The notes: a model not told the origin generated them from the letters alone. 32,000 nucleotides of DNA from Halomicrobium mukohataei DSM 12286 (GCF_000023965.1 NC_013202.1:1920001-1952000), one strand, 5' to 3'. Positions 1-9,116 are shown, counted from the first letter of the stretch. Numbers and translations: made by a program.

Positions 1-2
1 GG

Positions 3-659
3 GGCGCTCGCGTCACCGGACTGCGCGTCAGCGGCCCGAGCTACTCCTACCGCGAGTACGACGCCGACGCGGTCGACATGGGACTGCGGGTCACTGGCAG
101 CGGCGTCGAGATCGACAACAACGAGATCTGGGGGTTCACCCACGCGGCGGTCCGACCGGCCGGCGACACGCACGTCCACCACAACCACATCCACCACAAC
201 CCGATGGACGGCCTGGGTTACGGGGTCAGCACCACGTCGGGCCAGCCGCTCATCGAGTACAACGAGTTCAACTACAACCGCCACAGCATCGCCAGCGGCG
301 GCGGCAACGGCTACGTCGCCCGATACAACTACTTCGGCTCCGCGGCCGTCGACCACGTGATGGACATGCACCGACCCGGCGGTACGACCATCGAGATCCA
401 CCACAACACCGTCGAGGCCGTCACACACGTTCAGGACAGCGGCCGCACGGAAGCCGTCGCGATCCGGGGGACGCCCAGTGACGTGGCCGACATCCACGGC
501 AACTGGTTCTACAACCCCAACGAACCGAAGCCGACGCCCGAGGGCTGGGACGGGAGCGCGATCACACAGGTCCACACCAGCGACTGGCAGAACGTCGAGT
601 TCTGGAACAACCACTACGGCAGCGACGAGCCGGCACCGGACATCGGCTGTCCGCGGTAG
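3..659 (+). CDS. Right-handed beta-helix (PbH1-type) repeat protein, C-terminal part; 5' end lies outside the window
   Basis: The frame is open from base 3 to TAG at 657-659. Repeated asparagine-ladder turns (EIDNNEIWG, HVHHNHIHHN, IEYNEFNYN, IEIHHNTVE, IHGNWFYN) are typical of parallel beta-helix carbohydrate-active proteins. GC3-rich codons. Confidence 0.6.
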   Translation, partial: GARVTGLRVSGPSYSYREYDADAVDMGLRVTGSGVEIDNNEIWGFTHAAVRPAGDTHVHHNHIHHNPMDGLGYGVSTTSGQPLIEYNEFNYNRHSIASGGGNGYVARYNYFGSAAVDHVMDMHRPGGTTIEIHHNTVEAVTHVQDSGRTEAVAIRGTPSDVADIHGNWFYNPNEPKPTPEGWDGSAITQVHTSDWQNVEFWNNHYGSDEPAPDIGCPR

Positions 660-756
660 CGAGGGGTTCGTTTCGCGCTGGCGGTTCTCGTCTCGGGGGC
701 AGGCGGGGGACACCCAGTCGAACCGGTACTCGCCACTTACCCGTTCGTAAGAGCTG

Positions 757-766
757 CCATTACAAT
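757..766 (+). promoter_or_regulatory. Variant copy (CCATTACAAT) of the recurrent CCATAACAAW promoter-like motif
   Basis: One mismatch to the 10-mer found upstream of the glycan genes. It overlaps the annotated ATG 765, and an in-frame GTG at 792 lies exactly 25 nt downstream. Confidence 0.3.
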
Positions 767-2201
767 GACGACGGGGGGTCACGCTTCGCCTGTGTCACGA
801 GATTCGCAGCCCCGCCGCTCTCGCCGTGCCTTCCTCGCGCTCACAGCGGCAGCCGTCGGCTCGCTCGCCGGCTGTCCGGGTGGTGGTCCGGAGACTGAGA
901 CGCCGGTGCCGCCCGACGACGGGACCCGGACGCCGGGGGAGACGACGGAGACGCCGGTCCAGACGACCGAGAGACAGTCCCGGTTCGACGAGGTGATCGA
1001 CATCACCGAGGTCGGCGGTGCGGCCGACGGCTCGGAACCGATCACCGATCTGCTGGCCGAACACGCGGCCGACGATACGCTGATCGAGTTCCCGGCCGGG
1101 ACCTACGCGGTCGATCACCTCTCGCTGACCGGGCTCCGCAACGTCGGACTCCGTGCGGTCGACGGGGCCGACGTGTCGTTCGTTCCGACTGCTCCCGCCA
1201 GCGAGCTGGGCACGACGCTCCTGCGACTGGTCGATCTCAAGCGGTTCCTCTTCGAGGGGATCGATCTCGACTTCCGAGCCGAGGGGGACGGCGGCATGAT
1301 GTACGTACTGGGGACCGACGACTTCGCCGTCCGCGATGTCACGGTCAGGGGCCAGTATCCGCCCGACGTGTCCGGGTTCCGGTTCGAGGCGGTCACGCCA
1401 GACAGTACCGCCCTCGTCGAGAACGTCCGTCTCTCCGGTGGCTCGACCGACGATTCGGACTCCGTCGGAATCTACGTCGGCCACAACCACGCCGGGACCC
1501 TGACCGTCCGGGACTGCGTGGTGGAGAACTTCCCGAACAACGGGATCTACGCGTCGTCGCCGGGCCGCCAGGACGGTCTCTCGGGATCGAACGGACCCGT
1601 CCACGTCCGGGGCGGGCGCTACCGGAACAACAACATCGCCAACGTCAGGCTCGGCTCGACCGGTTCGTCGGTCAAGCGCGCGACCGTCGTCGTCGACGAG
1701 GTCCCGCCGCGTCACACCAACGGGCTCGATCCCCGCGGGATCAGGATGCGGGCCCGCGAAGGCCAGGTCGTCGAGGACTGCGAGGTCCGCATCGAGGGGC
1801 AGGTTCCGACGAGCTCCGGCGGGATCGTGCTCCACTCGGAGGCGGGCCGGGCGACGATCAGAGACTCGACGGTGACCGTCGACACCGACGGCGTCCCGGC
1901 GATCAACGCCCTCCGTCCCGCCGACAGCCAGCGAGGGCCGGTCGTCGAGAACGTCACCATCAGCGGCCGCGCGGCGACGGAACACGCGATCGACATCACC
2001 AGGCGAAACGGCACCCGCATCCGGGGCTCGCGGATCGAACAGACGGGTCCACGCCGCTCCGGAATCCGGTTCGAACAGTCGCGTGACTGTCTCGTCGCCG
2101 ATACGAACTTCGACGTGACCGGCAATCCGATCACCGCGATCAACTCCGAGGTCGTGCGCCAGAACGTCTCGCACGACCCGCCGGAAAAGAGATCCGAGTA
2201 G
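765..2201 (+). CDS. Secreted Tat-dependent lipoprotein with right-handed beta-helix repeats
   Basis: Twin-arginine signal plus lipobox (RRSRRAFLALTAAAVGSLAGC) is followed by a Thr/Pro/Glu-rich linker. Then come beta-helix-like repeats (NNGIYASS, NNNIANVRLG). The true start may be GTG 792. Confidence 0.75.
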   Translation: MTTGGHASPVSRDSQPRRSRRAFLALTAAAVGSLAGCPGGGPETETPVPPDDGTRTPGETTETPVQTTERQSRFDEVIDITEVGGAADGSEPITDLLAEHAADDTLIEFPAGTYAVDHLSLTGLRNVGLRAVDGADVSFVPTAPASELGTTLLRLVDLKRFLFEGIDLDFRAEGDGGMMYVLGTDDFAVRDVTVRGQYPPDVSGFRFEAVTPDSTALVENVRLSGGSTDDSDSVGIYVGHNHAGTLTVRDCVVENFPNNGIYASSPGRQDGLSGSNGPVHVRGGRYRNNNIANVRLGSTGSSVKRATVVVDEVPPRHTNGLDPRGIRMRAREGQVVEDCEVRIEGQVPTSSGGIVLHSEAGRATIRDSTVTVDTDGVPAINALRPADSQRGPVVENVTISGRAATEHAIDITRRNGTRIRGSRIEQTGPRRSGIRFEQSRDCLVADTNFDVTGNPITAINSEVVRQNVSHDPPEKRSE

Positions 2202-2290
2202 CGCGGCCCGGCGGCACTTCTCCGAGGACGACACGGCGAGAGCGCTGACTGTCGTCGCGATCTTCGATCGCCGAAAAGAGAGTAGCCGTG

Positions 2291-3259
2291 TTACCTGATC
2301 CGGACGCGCAGCCAGCGAACTGCGCTCTCTCGGGACGGCTCCCCCGGTGGCTCCCCCTCGTAGAGGAGGTAGGTCAGTTCGAGCGGGCGGTCGCCGCGTT
2401 CGAGGTCGAGTGCGTACGTCGCCGTCCCGGTCCCGCCGTCGCCGAGCGTGAGCGACGTGCGACCGAGGGTCCGTTCCTCGACGACGCCGCGGTCGGTGGC
2501 GATGCCGGTCCGGGCGACGACGGTGTAGTTCGCACCGGGACGTTCCGGGCTCTCGACGACCAGCTCGTGGACCGACTCGTTGCCGATCGTCTCGGCGGTC
2601 GCCATCACCCGCTCGCCGTCGGGTCCGTCGGTGGTGAGGTAGAACTCCGTGACTTCCTGACCGCTGTCGGCCGTCGCGACGACGCCCCCGGCACCCACGG
2701 CGGCGACGCTCAACAGGACGGCGACGATCAGGAACACCTGCGTCTTCGGCCGTTCGGTCGTCCCCGCCAGCGCCCGGCGCAGCGGCGTCGTCACCTCGAA
2801 CCGCTCTCCGACCGGCAACCGCTCGCGTCTGACGAGCGCGATCACGCCCGCGGCGATCGTCACCGCGGCGACGGTGTCGAGGACGGGGACGAGCGTCAGC
2901 GACCAGACGGCCTCGACGGCGACTCCGACCAGCGGGACGACGAACAGGCTCAGCCCGACCGCGAGCGCGGCGCGCTCGATCGCCGTCGGGCCGTCCACGG
3001 TCGTCTCGGTCTCTCGACGGGCCGCCGGATACAGGGCCGCGACGACGGCGTACCCCGGCACGAACAGCAAGAGCGGGACCGCGAGGACGGCCCTCGCGGC
3101 GACTGGGAGCCCGAGCGGGAGCGAGAACAGGATCGCCCCCACGAGGGCCAGCAAGACGACCGCTGCGACGTCGATCGACGACGCCAGCCGCGGCAGCGCG
3201 ACCGACGACGACTGGACAGTTCTGTCTGACATTGGGCTGGATTCTGAATCTCCGCGCAT
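2291..3259 (-). CDS. DUF1616-type membrane protein (N-terminal TM bundle plus C-terminal extracytoplasmic domain)
   Basis: Only the 3' third of the 711-aa track ORF looks like a protein. It has TM helices with the FVPGYAVVAALYP signature I associate with DUF1616, then an acidic beta-rich tail. ATG 3259 lies 2 nt after the upstream stop; ATG 3232 is an alternative. Confidence 0.75.
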   Translation of the reverse strand: MRGDSESSPMSDRTVQSSSVALPRLASSIDVAAVVLLALVGAILFSLPLGLPVAARAVLAVPLLLFVPGYAVVAALYPAARRETETTVDGPTAIERAALAVGLSLFVVPLVGVAVEAVWSLTLVPVLDTVAAVTIAAGVIALVRRERLPVGERFEVTTPLRRALAGTTERPKTQVFLIVAVLLSVAAVGAGGVVATADSGQEVTEFYLTTDGPDGERVMATAETIGNESVHELVVESPERPGANYTVVARTGIATDRGVVEERTLGRTSLTLGDGGTGTATYALDLERGDRPLELTYLLYEGEPPGEPSRESAVRWLRVRIR

Positions 3260-3261
3260 AG

Positions 3262-5187
3262 TTATGCTCCGTCTATCCCGTCGATACCGGTACAGACGGT
3301 GACGTTGCTGTTCGCGTAGAGCCGGTGCATATCCTCGCGACACACCTCCGAGGGTGCGACCCTGCGCGTCCGCGACTCGTTGTCGACGAGGAGCACCGGC
3401 GCGCCGGTCGACTGGTACTTCCGGTAGACGACGGTGTCGTGGTAGATCTCGCCGTCCTCGACGGCCAGCATGTTGGCCGGCGTCGCACCGCTGCGCTCGA
3501 ACACCGTCCGATAGGGGTGGTCGGTGTAGACCGGATCGGCCACTTCGGGCCGCGTCGCTCCGACCGTCTCGACGGCCGACAGCTCCGTCTCGTCGTAGGC
3601 GTAGGTCGAGTACTCCTGGTCGAAGACCGGGCTGTCCGGGGTCCCCTTGTGGTTGATCGCCATCGCACCGGGGACCACCAGCGCGAACACGAGCAGGCCG
3701 GTCATCGCCATCCGTGGCGAGAGCCGGCGCACCGCGAACCGGCAGCCAAGCGCCGCGAGCAGCGCCATCGGGACGTACATGAACGCGTACCAGCGGCCGG
3801 GCAGGAAGGTCGTAAAGCCAAACAGCGGGAGTCCGAAGGTAAACGTCGCCAGCACCACCGCGGCCGCGGCGTAGGTCACCGTCGCCGGAGTGGCGTTGCG
3901 TCGGCGGAAGACGGCGACGGTCCCGATCACGACCGCGAAAAACAGCGCGAAGAAGCCGAGCGCGTCCGCGAAGGCGACGTCGATCGGGACGCCCGCAGCG
4001 CTGCTGGCACCGCCCGCGCCGCCCGGATCCGACCCGGCGAGGTTGAGGAAGCCGACGGAGGTCGCGATCGCCCGGTCGACGGTGTCGAGCAGTTCCAGGG
4101 CGAACACGCTGTCTCGGTACGGCGTGATCGACCAGAGCGCTGCCACGAAGGCGGTGACGAGCGCGAAGACCGGCCACAGCGACCCCGCGCGGTCGAAGTC
4201 GCCGGGCAGCACCGATCCGAGCGACCCCACCACGGCACCGACGCCCAGCACCACCAGCAGGATGAACGCCGAGATCTGGTGGGTCAGCGCGGTCGCGATC
4301 CCGAACGCCACGACGATCGCGTACGTGGCGCGTCTGGTGTCGCCAGCGAGGAGCCGCGTCGCTCCGGCCAGCGCTCCGAGGAAGAAGACCAGCCCCATGC
4401 TGGTCGGGATGATGTGGACGCCCCACCGGATCACGTGATCGGCCATCACGAACAGGCCCGCTGCCAGCAACGCCCAGCGGCGGTCGAACAGCAGCGTCCC
4501 GATCGCGTACACCAGCAGCGTCGACAGCGGGAGCGCGAGCCCCATCGAGACGTAGGTGGCCGCTCGCAGGCCGACACCGATGGCGTCGGCCGCGATCACC
4601 ACCAGGACGTGAAAGAGCGGCGCAGTCCGGTACTTCACGTCGGCGATCGCCGACAGCGAGTCCGTCGACTGGATGGCCGCCGCGTAGTCCGTGAGGTGCG
4701 TCCAGCTGTCGACGCCGATCAGTCCGGGCGTCGAGAGCAACGCGGTGAACCTGACGACGAGCGCCAGCGCGAGCAACTGGCCCAACACGAGTCCGGGATC
4801 GAGTGCGTCGTCGTCGAGAAACAGGATCTGTGCGAGGATCGCGGTCCCGACGAGCCCGCTGGCCAGCAGGAACGCCGTCGTCCGACCGCCGGCACTCGCG
4901 CCAAACAGCGCGAGCCCGCCGATCCCAAGCGCCGTGAGGCCCGCGACGACACGCCCGTCGACGCCGACGCGTCGGCGCTCGATCGCGCGCTCGGACTCGC
5001 CAGCACGGACGCGTCCGACGAGATACACCAGGCTCCCGAGGCCCAGCACCGGTGGGAGGACCTGGATGAACAGCTGTCCGGAGAGGAATCGAAGCGGGAA
5101 GAGGACGACCGCGACCGCGAGGCCGGCGAGCCCCACGAGGAGGTCCGGCTCCGCCGGGAGTCGCTCGCGGGGCGTCGCGCTAGCCAT
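3262..5187 (-). CDS. Large polytopic membrane protein with C-terminal soluble domain (candidate GT-C-like glycosyltransferase or glycan polymerase)
   Basis: 641 aa with about a dozen or more hydrophobic segments, then an acidic ~130-aa C-terminal domain. The start overlaps the GT4 stop (ATGGCTAG). Function is inferred from operon context only. Confidence 0.7.
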   Translation of the reverse strand: MASATPRERLPAEPDLLVGLAGLAVAVVLFPLRFLSGQLFIQVLPPVLGLGSLVYLVGRVRAGESERAIERRRVGVDGRVVAGLTALGIGGLALFGASAGGRTTAFLLASGLVGTAILAQILFLDDDALDPGLVLGQLLALALVVRFTALLSTPGLIGVDSWTHLTDYAAAIQSTDSLSAIADVKYRTAPLFHVLVVIAADAIGVGLRAATYVSMGLALPLSTLLVYAIGTLLFDRRWALLAAGLFVMADHVIRWGVHIIPTSMGLVFFLGALAGATRLLAGDTRRATYAIVVAFGIATALTHQISAFILLVVLGVGAVVGSLGSVLPGDFDRAGSLWPVFALVTAFVAALWSITPYRDSVFALELLDTVDRAIATSVGFLNLAGSDPGGAGGASSAAGVPIDVAFADALGFFALFFAVVIGTVAVFRRRNATPATVTYAAAAVVLATFTFGLPLFGFTTFLPGRWYAFMYVPMALLAALGCRFAVRRLSPRMAMTGLLVFALVVPGAMAINHKGTPDSPVFDQEYSTYAYDETELSAVETVGATRPEVADPVYTDHPYRTVFERSGATPANMLAVEDGEIYHDTVVYRKYQSTGAPVLLVDNESRTRRVAPSEVCREDMHRLYANSNVTVCTGIDGIDGA

Positions 5188-6118
5188 CGACGGTCACCCC
5201 CCGTGCGCCGGCTCGTCGATACACCGACGCGATGTTGCGGGCCATCTCCGGCAACCCGAGCGCCGCGACCTGTTCGCGGCCCTCAGAGACCGGTGCGGCC
5301 CGGAGCGTCGCGACGAGTCGCTCGACGAGCTCGTCGTCGTCGGCACAGACCCCCGAGTAGTCGAGGGCCGCGACGTAGTCGGACACGTCTCCCACGTCGG
5401 TCGAGACGACGGGGCAGTTACACGCCAGTGCTTCTTTCACCGTGTTCGGTGACCCCTCGCGTCGAGAGGTCAGGAGCATCACGTCTGTTGCGTTCATGTA
5501 TCGTGGTATCTCTCCGTGGTCGACGCCGCTCACCGTCCGGAGCGCGACGTGTCCATCGAGGCGCGACGCCGCGTCGTCGACGACCGCGCGGGCCCGTGGG
5601 AAGTCCTTGATCGGGCGCTCGGGGTCGTAGGGAAACAGGACGATCCGGGCGTTTTGATCCCACCCGAGTTCGTCGCGGGCGCTCGCCTGTGCGGTGGGGC
5701 TGAACCGCTCCATGTCGACGCCGTGGGGAATGACGTGGGCGTCTCGGTCGAGTTCGGTCGCCATCGCGTCGGACATGACGATCACTTCGTCACACCGATT
5801 GGCACACCACGTCGACAGCCGTCCGTACGACCCCAGCAGGTCCGACCCCCACAGCGAGAGGACGACCGGACGACGCCGCTGGGCGAGGGCGGCCGGGGCT
5901 GTCAGCCCGTAGTTGGCGTGGACGACGTCGTACTCCGACAGCGACTTGCGCAGCGTCGCCCCGTAGAAGCGCGCGTAGTGGCGCAACCGCCGGGTTCCGT
6001 CCTCGCTGTTGGGGACCGCCACCGTATCACAGTTCAGCCCCAGGTCTTCGAGCGCGTCGACCTGTTGTCTGTAGAACGATGCGTCTTCGTTGGTCACCAG
6101 CATGAGCACGTCACCCAT
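5180..6118 (-). CDS. Glycosyltransferase, GT4 / group 1 family
   Basis: C-terminal GT-B signature SRREGSPNTVKEALACNCPVVSTDVGD (E-x7-E). The start overlaps the epimerase stop (ATGGGTGA). Confidence 0.85.
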   Translation of the reverse strand: MGDVLMLVTNEDASFYRQQVDALEDLGLNCDTVAVPNSEDGTRRLRHYARFYGATLRKSLSEYDVVHANYGLTAPAALAQRRRPVVLSLWGSDLLGSYGRLSTWCANRCDEVIVMSDAMATELDRDAHVIPHGVDMERFSPTAQASARDELGWDQNARIVLFPYDPERPIKDFPRARAVVDDAASRLDGHVALRTVSGVDHGEIPRYMNATDVMLLTSRREGSPNTVKEALACNCPVVSTDVGDVSDYVAALDYSGVCADDDELVERLVATLRAAPVSEGREQVAALGLPEMARNIASVYRRAGARGVTVDG

Positions 6119-7169
6119 CGGCGATCACCTCGACGACGCGCTCGGCCGCGTCGCCGTCGCCGTAGGGGTGGCCCCTGTCGGTGGCGTCGACCGGCGTCGC
6201 CAGCGCGTCGCGGATCGCCGTCGTCCGTGCGCCGACGAGCCTGTTCCACCCCTCGGCGACCGTCTCGTCCCACTCGGTCTCCTCGCGCAACGTCACGCAG
6301 GGCGTTTCGAGGAAGAACGCCTCCTTCTGGACGCCCCCGGAGTCGGTGACCACCCGATCGGCGGCGTCGAGCAGGCGGACGAAATCCAGGTAGCCGACGG
6401 GGTCGATACAGTGCAGTTCGGACTGGACCGTCTCGAACAGCCCCTGATCTCGGAGCGCGGCCGCAGTCCGGGGGTGAACCGGAAAGACGACCGGCGCGGG
6501 GTGGGTCACCAGCGCCTCCACGATGGCGGCGAGGCGGTCGGGATCGTCGGTGTTGCGGGGCCGGTGTACCGTCGCGAGGACGAACGACTCGTCGAGCCCG
6601 AGCCGATCGAGGACGGCCGACTCGTCGCGCGCGATCCGCTCGGCCCAGCGGAGCGCGTCGTACATCACGTCGCCGGTCTCGTGGACCCGATCACCCAGCC
6701 CCTCCCGTTCGAGCGTCTCGGTCGCCGCCCGGCAGGGCGTACAGAGCACGTCGGCGACGTGATCCGTGACGATGCGGTTGGTCTCTTCGGGCATCGATCG
6801 CGTCCCGCTCCGCAGTCCGGCCTCGACGTGAGCGACCGTCACGTCTCGGTTGGCCCCGACGAGCGCTCCGGCAACCGTCGAGTTCGTATCGCCGTACAAC
6901 AGCAGTACGTCGGGCGCTTCCCTGGCGACGATCGGGTCCAGTCGTTCCATGATCTGGGCGGTCTGGACCGCGTGGGTGTGCGAGCCCACTCCGAGGTTGT
7001 AGTCGGGCTGGTCCAGATCCAGGTCGTCGAAGAACACCGCCGACAGCTCTTCGTCGTAGTGCTGGCCGGTGTGTACGAGCACCTCCTCGTGGTCGGGTGC
7101 GAGCGCACGCGAGACGGGGAACGACTTGACGAACTGTGGACGCGCGCCGACGACGGTGAGGACCCTCAT
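6111..7169 (-). CDS. wecB: UDP-N-acetylglucosamine 2-epimerase family (non-hydrolysing; WecB/WbpI-like)
   Basis: Family motifs: VVGARPQFVK, HTGQHYD, HVEAGLRS, PEETNR, DSGGVQKEA. 352 aa, typical family length. Confidence 0.9.
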   Translation of the reverse strand: MRVLTVVGARPQFVKSFPVSRALAPDHEEVLVHTGQHYDEELSAVFFDDLDLDQPDYNLGVGSHTHAVQTAQIMERLDPIVAREAPDVLLLYGDTNSTVAGALVGANRDVTVAHVEAGLRSGTRSMPEETNRIVTDHVADVLCTPCRAATETLEREGLGDRVHETGDVMYDALRWAERIARDESAVLDRLGLDESFVLATVHRPRNTDDPDRLAAIVEALVTHPAPVVFPVHPRTAAALRDQGLFETVQSELHCIDPVGYLDFVRLLDAADRVVTDSGGVQKEAFFLETPCVTLREETEWDETVAEGWNRLVGARTTAIRDALATPVDATDRGHPYGDGDAAERVVEVIADG

Positions 7170-8305
7170 GTTCCCACCGCCACGAGCACGTCCCGGACGA
7201 ACGAGGCCACGTCGATGGTCTCTGCGACGAACTCGCCGCGGCGGCGGTCCCAGTCGCCGTCGTCGTCCGCGAGCAGCGTCTCGATTCGGTCGTGGGCCTC
7301 CGCCTCGTCGTCGGTCGAGAACACGAGCCCGTACTCTGCGAGTCGCCGGAAGTTCGCCATGTCGTCGCCGCCCGCAAAGGAGTTACAGCGCACGGCCGGC
7401 GTCCCGAGCAACGCCGCCTCCGTCGCCATCGTCTGGGAGTCGCCGACGTACAACTGCGCGAACGCCAGCAGGTGGTGGAGGTCGGCCGGCGCGACCGGGA
7501 GTCGGTACTGGTCGAGGGGCGCGTCGAGTGGCTCCTCGGACGTGATGTACACCTCGCCGGCCTCGGCGAGCGTCTCGACGATCGCCTCCTTGCCGGCCCG
7601 CGAGAGGCCCCCCTCGCCCACGTCGTGCTGTGCGTCCCAGGAGACGAACCGGACCAGCGAGTAGTCGGCCGACGGGTCCACTCCGGCTGCCCTGACCACT
7701 TCCCGGTCGGGCTCGAACCGCTCGGGGTGGAGGTAGGCAAGTTCGTGGAGCCCCTCGTAGCGCACGTGGCGCGCGTCGACCTCTCCGTCGTACCACGCCG
7801 GTGTACAGACCACGTCCGCGAAGGGGAAGGCGAGGCGGTTGGTCAGCGCCGCCGGCTCGCTGTCGGTCAGGACGACGCTCTTGGCTCCGAGGGCGGTCGC
7901 CACGTGGGCCGCTGCGACCCCGCCGATCGCGGTGACCACGTCGGGCTGGAAGCGCCGCGCCGTCGCCAGCAAGCGCAGCTCGTACAGCGCCTGCACGCCG
8001 ATCCGTCCCAGCGTCGACTGGCCCGAACCGGCGAGCACGCTGTGCTCGATGTCGAAGGCGGTCAGCAACTCGGTGGCCACGTCCTTCTCGCGCGTACAGA
8101 CGCGTACCTCGTGCCCGTCGGCGGTCAGCTCCTCGATGACGGGGCGATAGAAGTGGACGTGGGCGGGGTGCTGAATCGTGATCAGGACCCGAAGCCGCTC
8201 TGTCTGTTCCGCTGGTGGCGTCCCGACTCCGTTTTGATCGGGGGGGACGGTAGCGTTCCGTGGCGTGTCTGTGGCTGTTACGGCCGAGGCGTGTCTCCGA
8301 CGCAT
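7166..8305 (-). CDS. DUF354 family protein (GT-B-like, commonly paired with archaeal 2-epimerases)
   Basis: RVLITIQHPAHVHFYRPVIEEL matches the N-terminal signature of DUF354 as I recall it. ATG 8305 is the first plausible start. The upstream part of the 601-aa track ORF is Arg/Pro/Ser-rich and not protein-like. The stop overlaps the epimerase start by 4 nt. Confidence 0.8.
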   Translation of the reverse strand: MRRRHASAVTATDTPRNATVPPDQNGVGTPPAEQTERLRVLITIQHPAHVHFYRPVIEELTADGHEVRVCTREKDVATELLTAFDIEHSVLAGSGQSTLGRIGVQALYELRLLATARRFQPDVVTAIGGVAAAHVATALGAKSVVLTDSEPAALTNRLAFPFADVVCTPAWYDGEVDARHVRYEGLHELAYLHPERFEPDREVVRAAGVDPSADYSLVRFVSWDAQHDVGEGGLSRAGKEAIVETLAEAGEVYITSEEPLDAPLDQYRLPVAPADLHHLLAFAQLYVGDSQTMATEAALLGTPAVRCNSFAGGDDMANFRRLAEYGLVFSTDDEAEAHDRIETLLADDDGDWDRRRGEFVAETIDVASFVRDVLVAVGT

Positions 8306-8330
8306 CACTCGGTGGTGACCGGGTGAGTGT

Positions 8331-8340
8331 TTTGTTATGG
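8331..8340 (-). promoter_or_regulatory. CCATAACAAA promoter-like motif (TATA/BRE region) of the DUF354 operon
   Basis: Exact 10-mer on the minus strand, with 25 nt between the motif and ATG 8305. This is consistent with a leaderless transcript. Confidence 0.55.
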
Positions 8341-8523
8341 CCGACCTACGCCCTCGCACACGGCAGCCGGCGGCCACGGCGTCGCAGGGGCCTCGGCGAG
8401 TTCTCCGGCGTTCTCGCCTCCGGTCGCCTCTCACTCGATGGGAGCGCGGGCGCGCGACGAGGCAGGAAGAGTCCCGTCGTCGTCCGTCGTGACTCGCCGT
8501 CGACGAGCGCGGAAAATGGAAGC

Positions 8524-8564
8524 GGGGAAAGGGGAGTGGGGTGGGGGTGGGGGGTGGGGGTGGG
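8524..8564 (+). repeat. G-quadruplex-type G-run tract (C-rich on minus strand)
   Basis: Seven runs of 3-6 G separated by 1-3 nt (GGGGAAAGGGGAGTGGGGTGGGGGTGGGGGGTGGGGGTGGG). Further G6 runs lie at 8581-8586 and 8606-8611. The tract is intergenic, between divergent genes. Confidence 0.5.
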
Positions 8565-8789
8565 CAAGTGGCGACGAGTCGGGGGGACGGAGACAGCCAC
8601 TGTGTGGGGGGATTCGCTCCCCAGATACCACGTATCGGCCCAGGGGTATTGTTAGTCGATTCGTACCGCTCTGGCGTCGACGTGGGAGCGTCGACGACTC
8701 GTGGTAAGACCGACGAAACGCTCCTCCGTGCAAAATGGTGACAGTAAGATAATACATAACCTTCCGTATCCGGCCGCCACCTCTCACCG

Positions 8790-9116
8790 ATGACCGAACA
8801 CGGGTCGCTGCCGACTGACGCCTCGGACGACAAGCCAGACCACGTGCTTCGACTGCTCGCCTCGGAGACGCGGCGTGCAACGCTACGGGAACTCCGCTCG
8901 GAGCCGTCTCGATCGCTCGACGCCCTCGCGGACGCCGTCGCCGACAGCGGGGACGTCTCGGTCGAGTCCACGGAGCGACTCTCTCGCCGCCTCCATCACT
9001 GCCACCTCCCTCGGCTCGAAACGGCCGGCGTCTGTCGGTACGATCCCGACAAGTCGCGGGTCGACTACGTCGGCGACGAGACGGTCGAAGCCGTGCTCTC
9101 GCTGCTAGAGGAGTGA
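8790..9116 (+). CDS. Haloarchaeal winged-helix DNA-binding protein (family recalled as DUF7344), paralogue 1
   Basis: Carries ETRRATLRELR ... LHHCHLPRLETAGVCRYD, the same L-[YH]-x-x-H-[LV]-P-[KR]-[LM] signature as three other ORFs in the window. An AT-rich box (AATACATAAC) lies about 30 nt upstream of the ATG. Confidence 0.8.
   Translation: MTEHGSLPTDASDDKPDHVLRLLASETRRATLRELRSEPSRSLDALADAVADSGDVSVESTERLSRRLHHCHLPRLETAGVCRYDPDKSRVDYVGDETVEAVLSLLEE

Noticed and set aside
795-2234. 479-aa minus-strand ORF antisense to the beta-helix lipoprotein gene
   Set aside because: Its composition is Arg/Gly/Asp/Pro-rich with no motifs. It fully overlaps a gene that has a clear Tat/lipobox signal. It is a typical shadow ORF of GC-rich DNA.
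3260-4426. Upstream 390 codons of the 711-aa ORF 2291-4426 (minus)
   Set aside because: This part lies in an alternative frame of the 3262-5187 membrane gene and is Arg/Gly/Pro-rich. Only the region from ATG 3259/3232 downward looks like a protein (DUF1616).
3325-5610. 761-aa plus-strand ORF
   Set aside because: Extremely Arg/Glu/Asp/Pro-rich and basic. It is antisense to the well-structured polytopic membrane protein and GT4 genes, so it is a GC-driven artefact.
6090-7740. ORFs 6090-7664 (+, 524 aa) and 6691-7740 (-, 349 aa)
   Set aside because: They are antisense or out of frame relative to the confidently identified 2-epimerase and DUF354 genes. Their composition is Arg/Ser/Thr/Pro-rich and basic.
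8306-8971. N-terminal extension of the DUF354 ORF to 601 aa, plus ORFs 8260-8707 (+) and 8431-9297 (-)
   Set aside because: They run through the poly-G/poly-C tract and give Pro/Arg/Ser- or Gly-rich low-complexity translations. They would also overlap the promoter motif and the 8790 gene. DUF354 homology begins just after ATG 8305.
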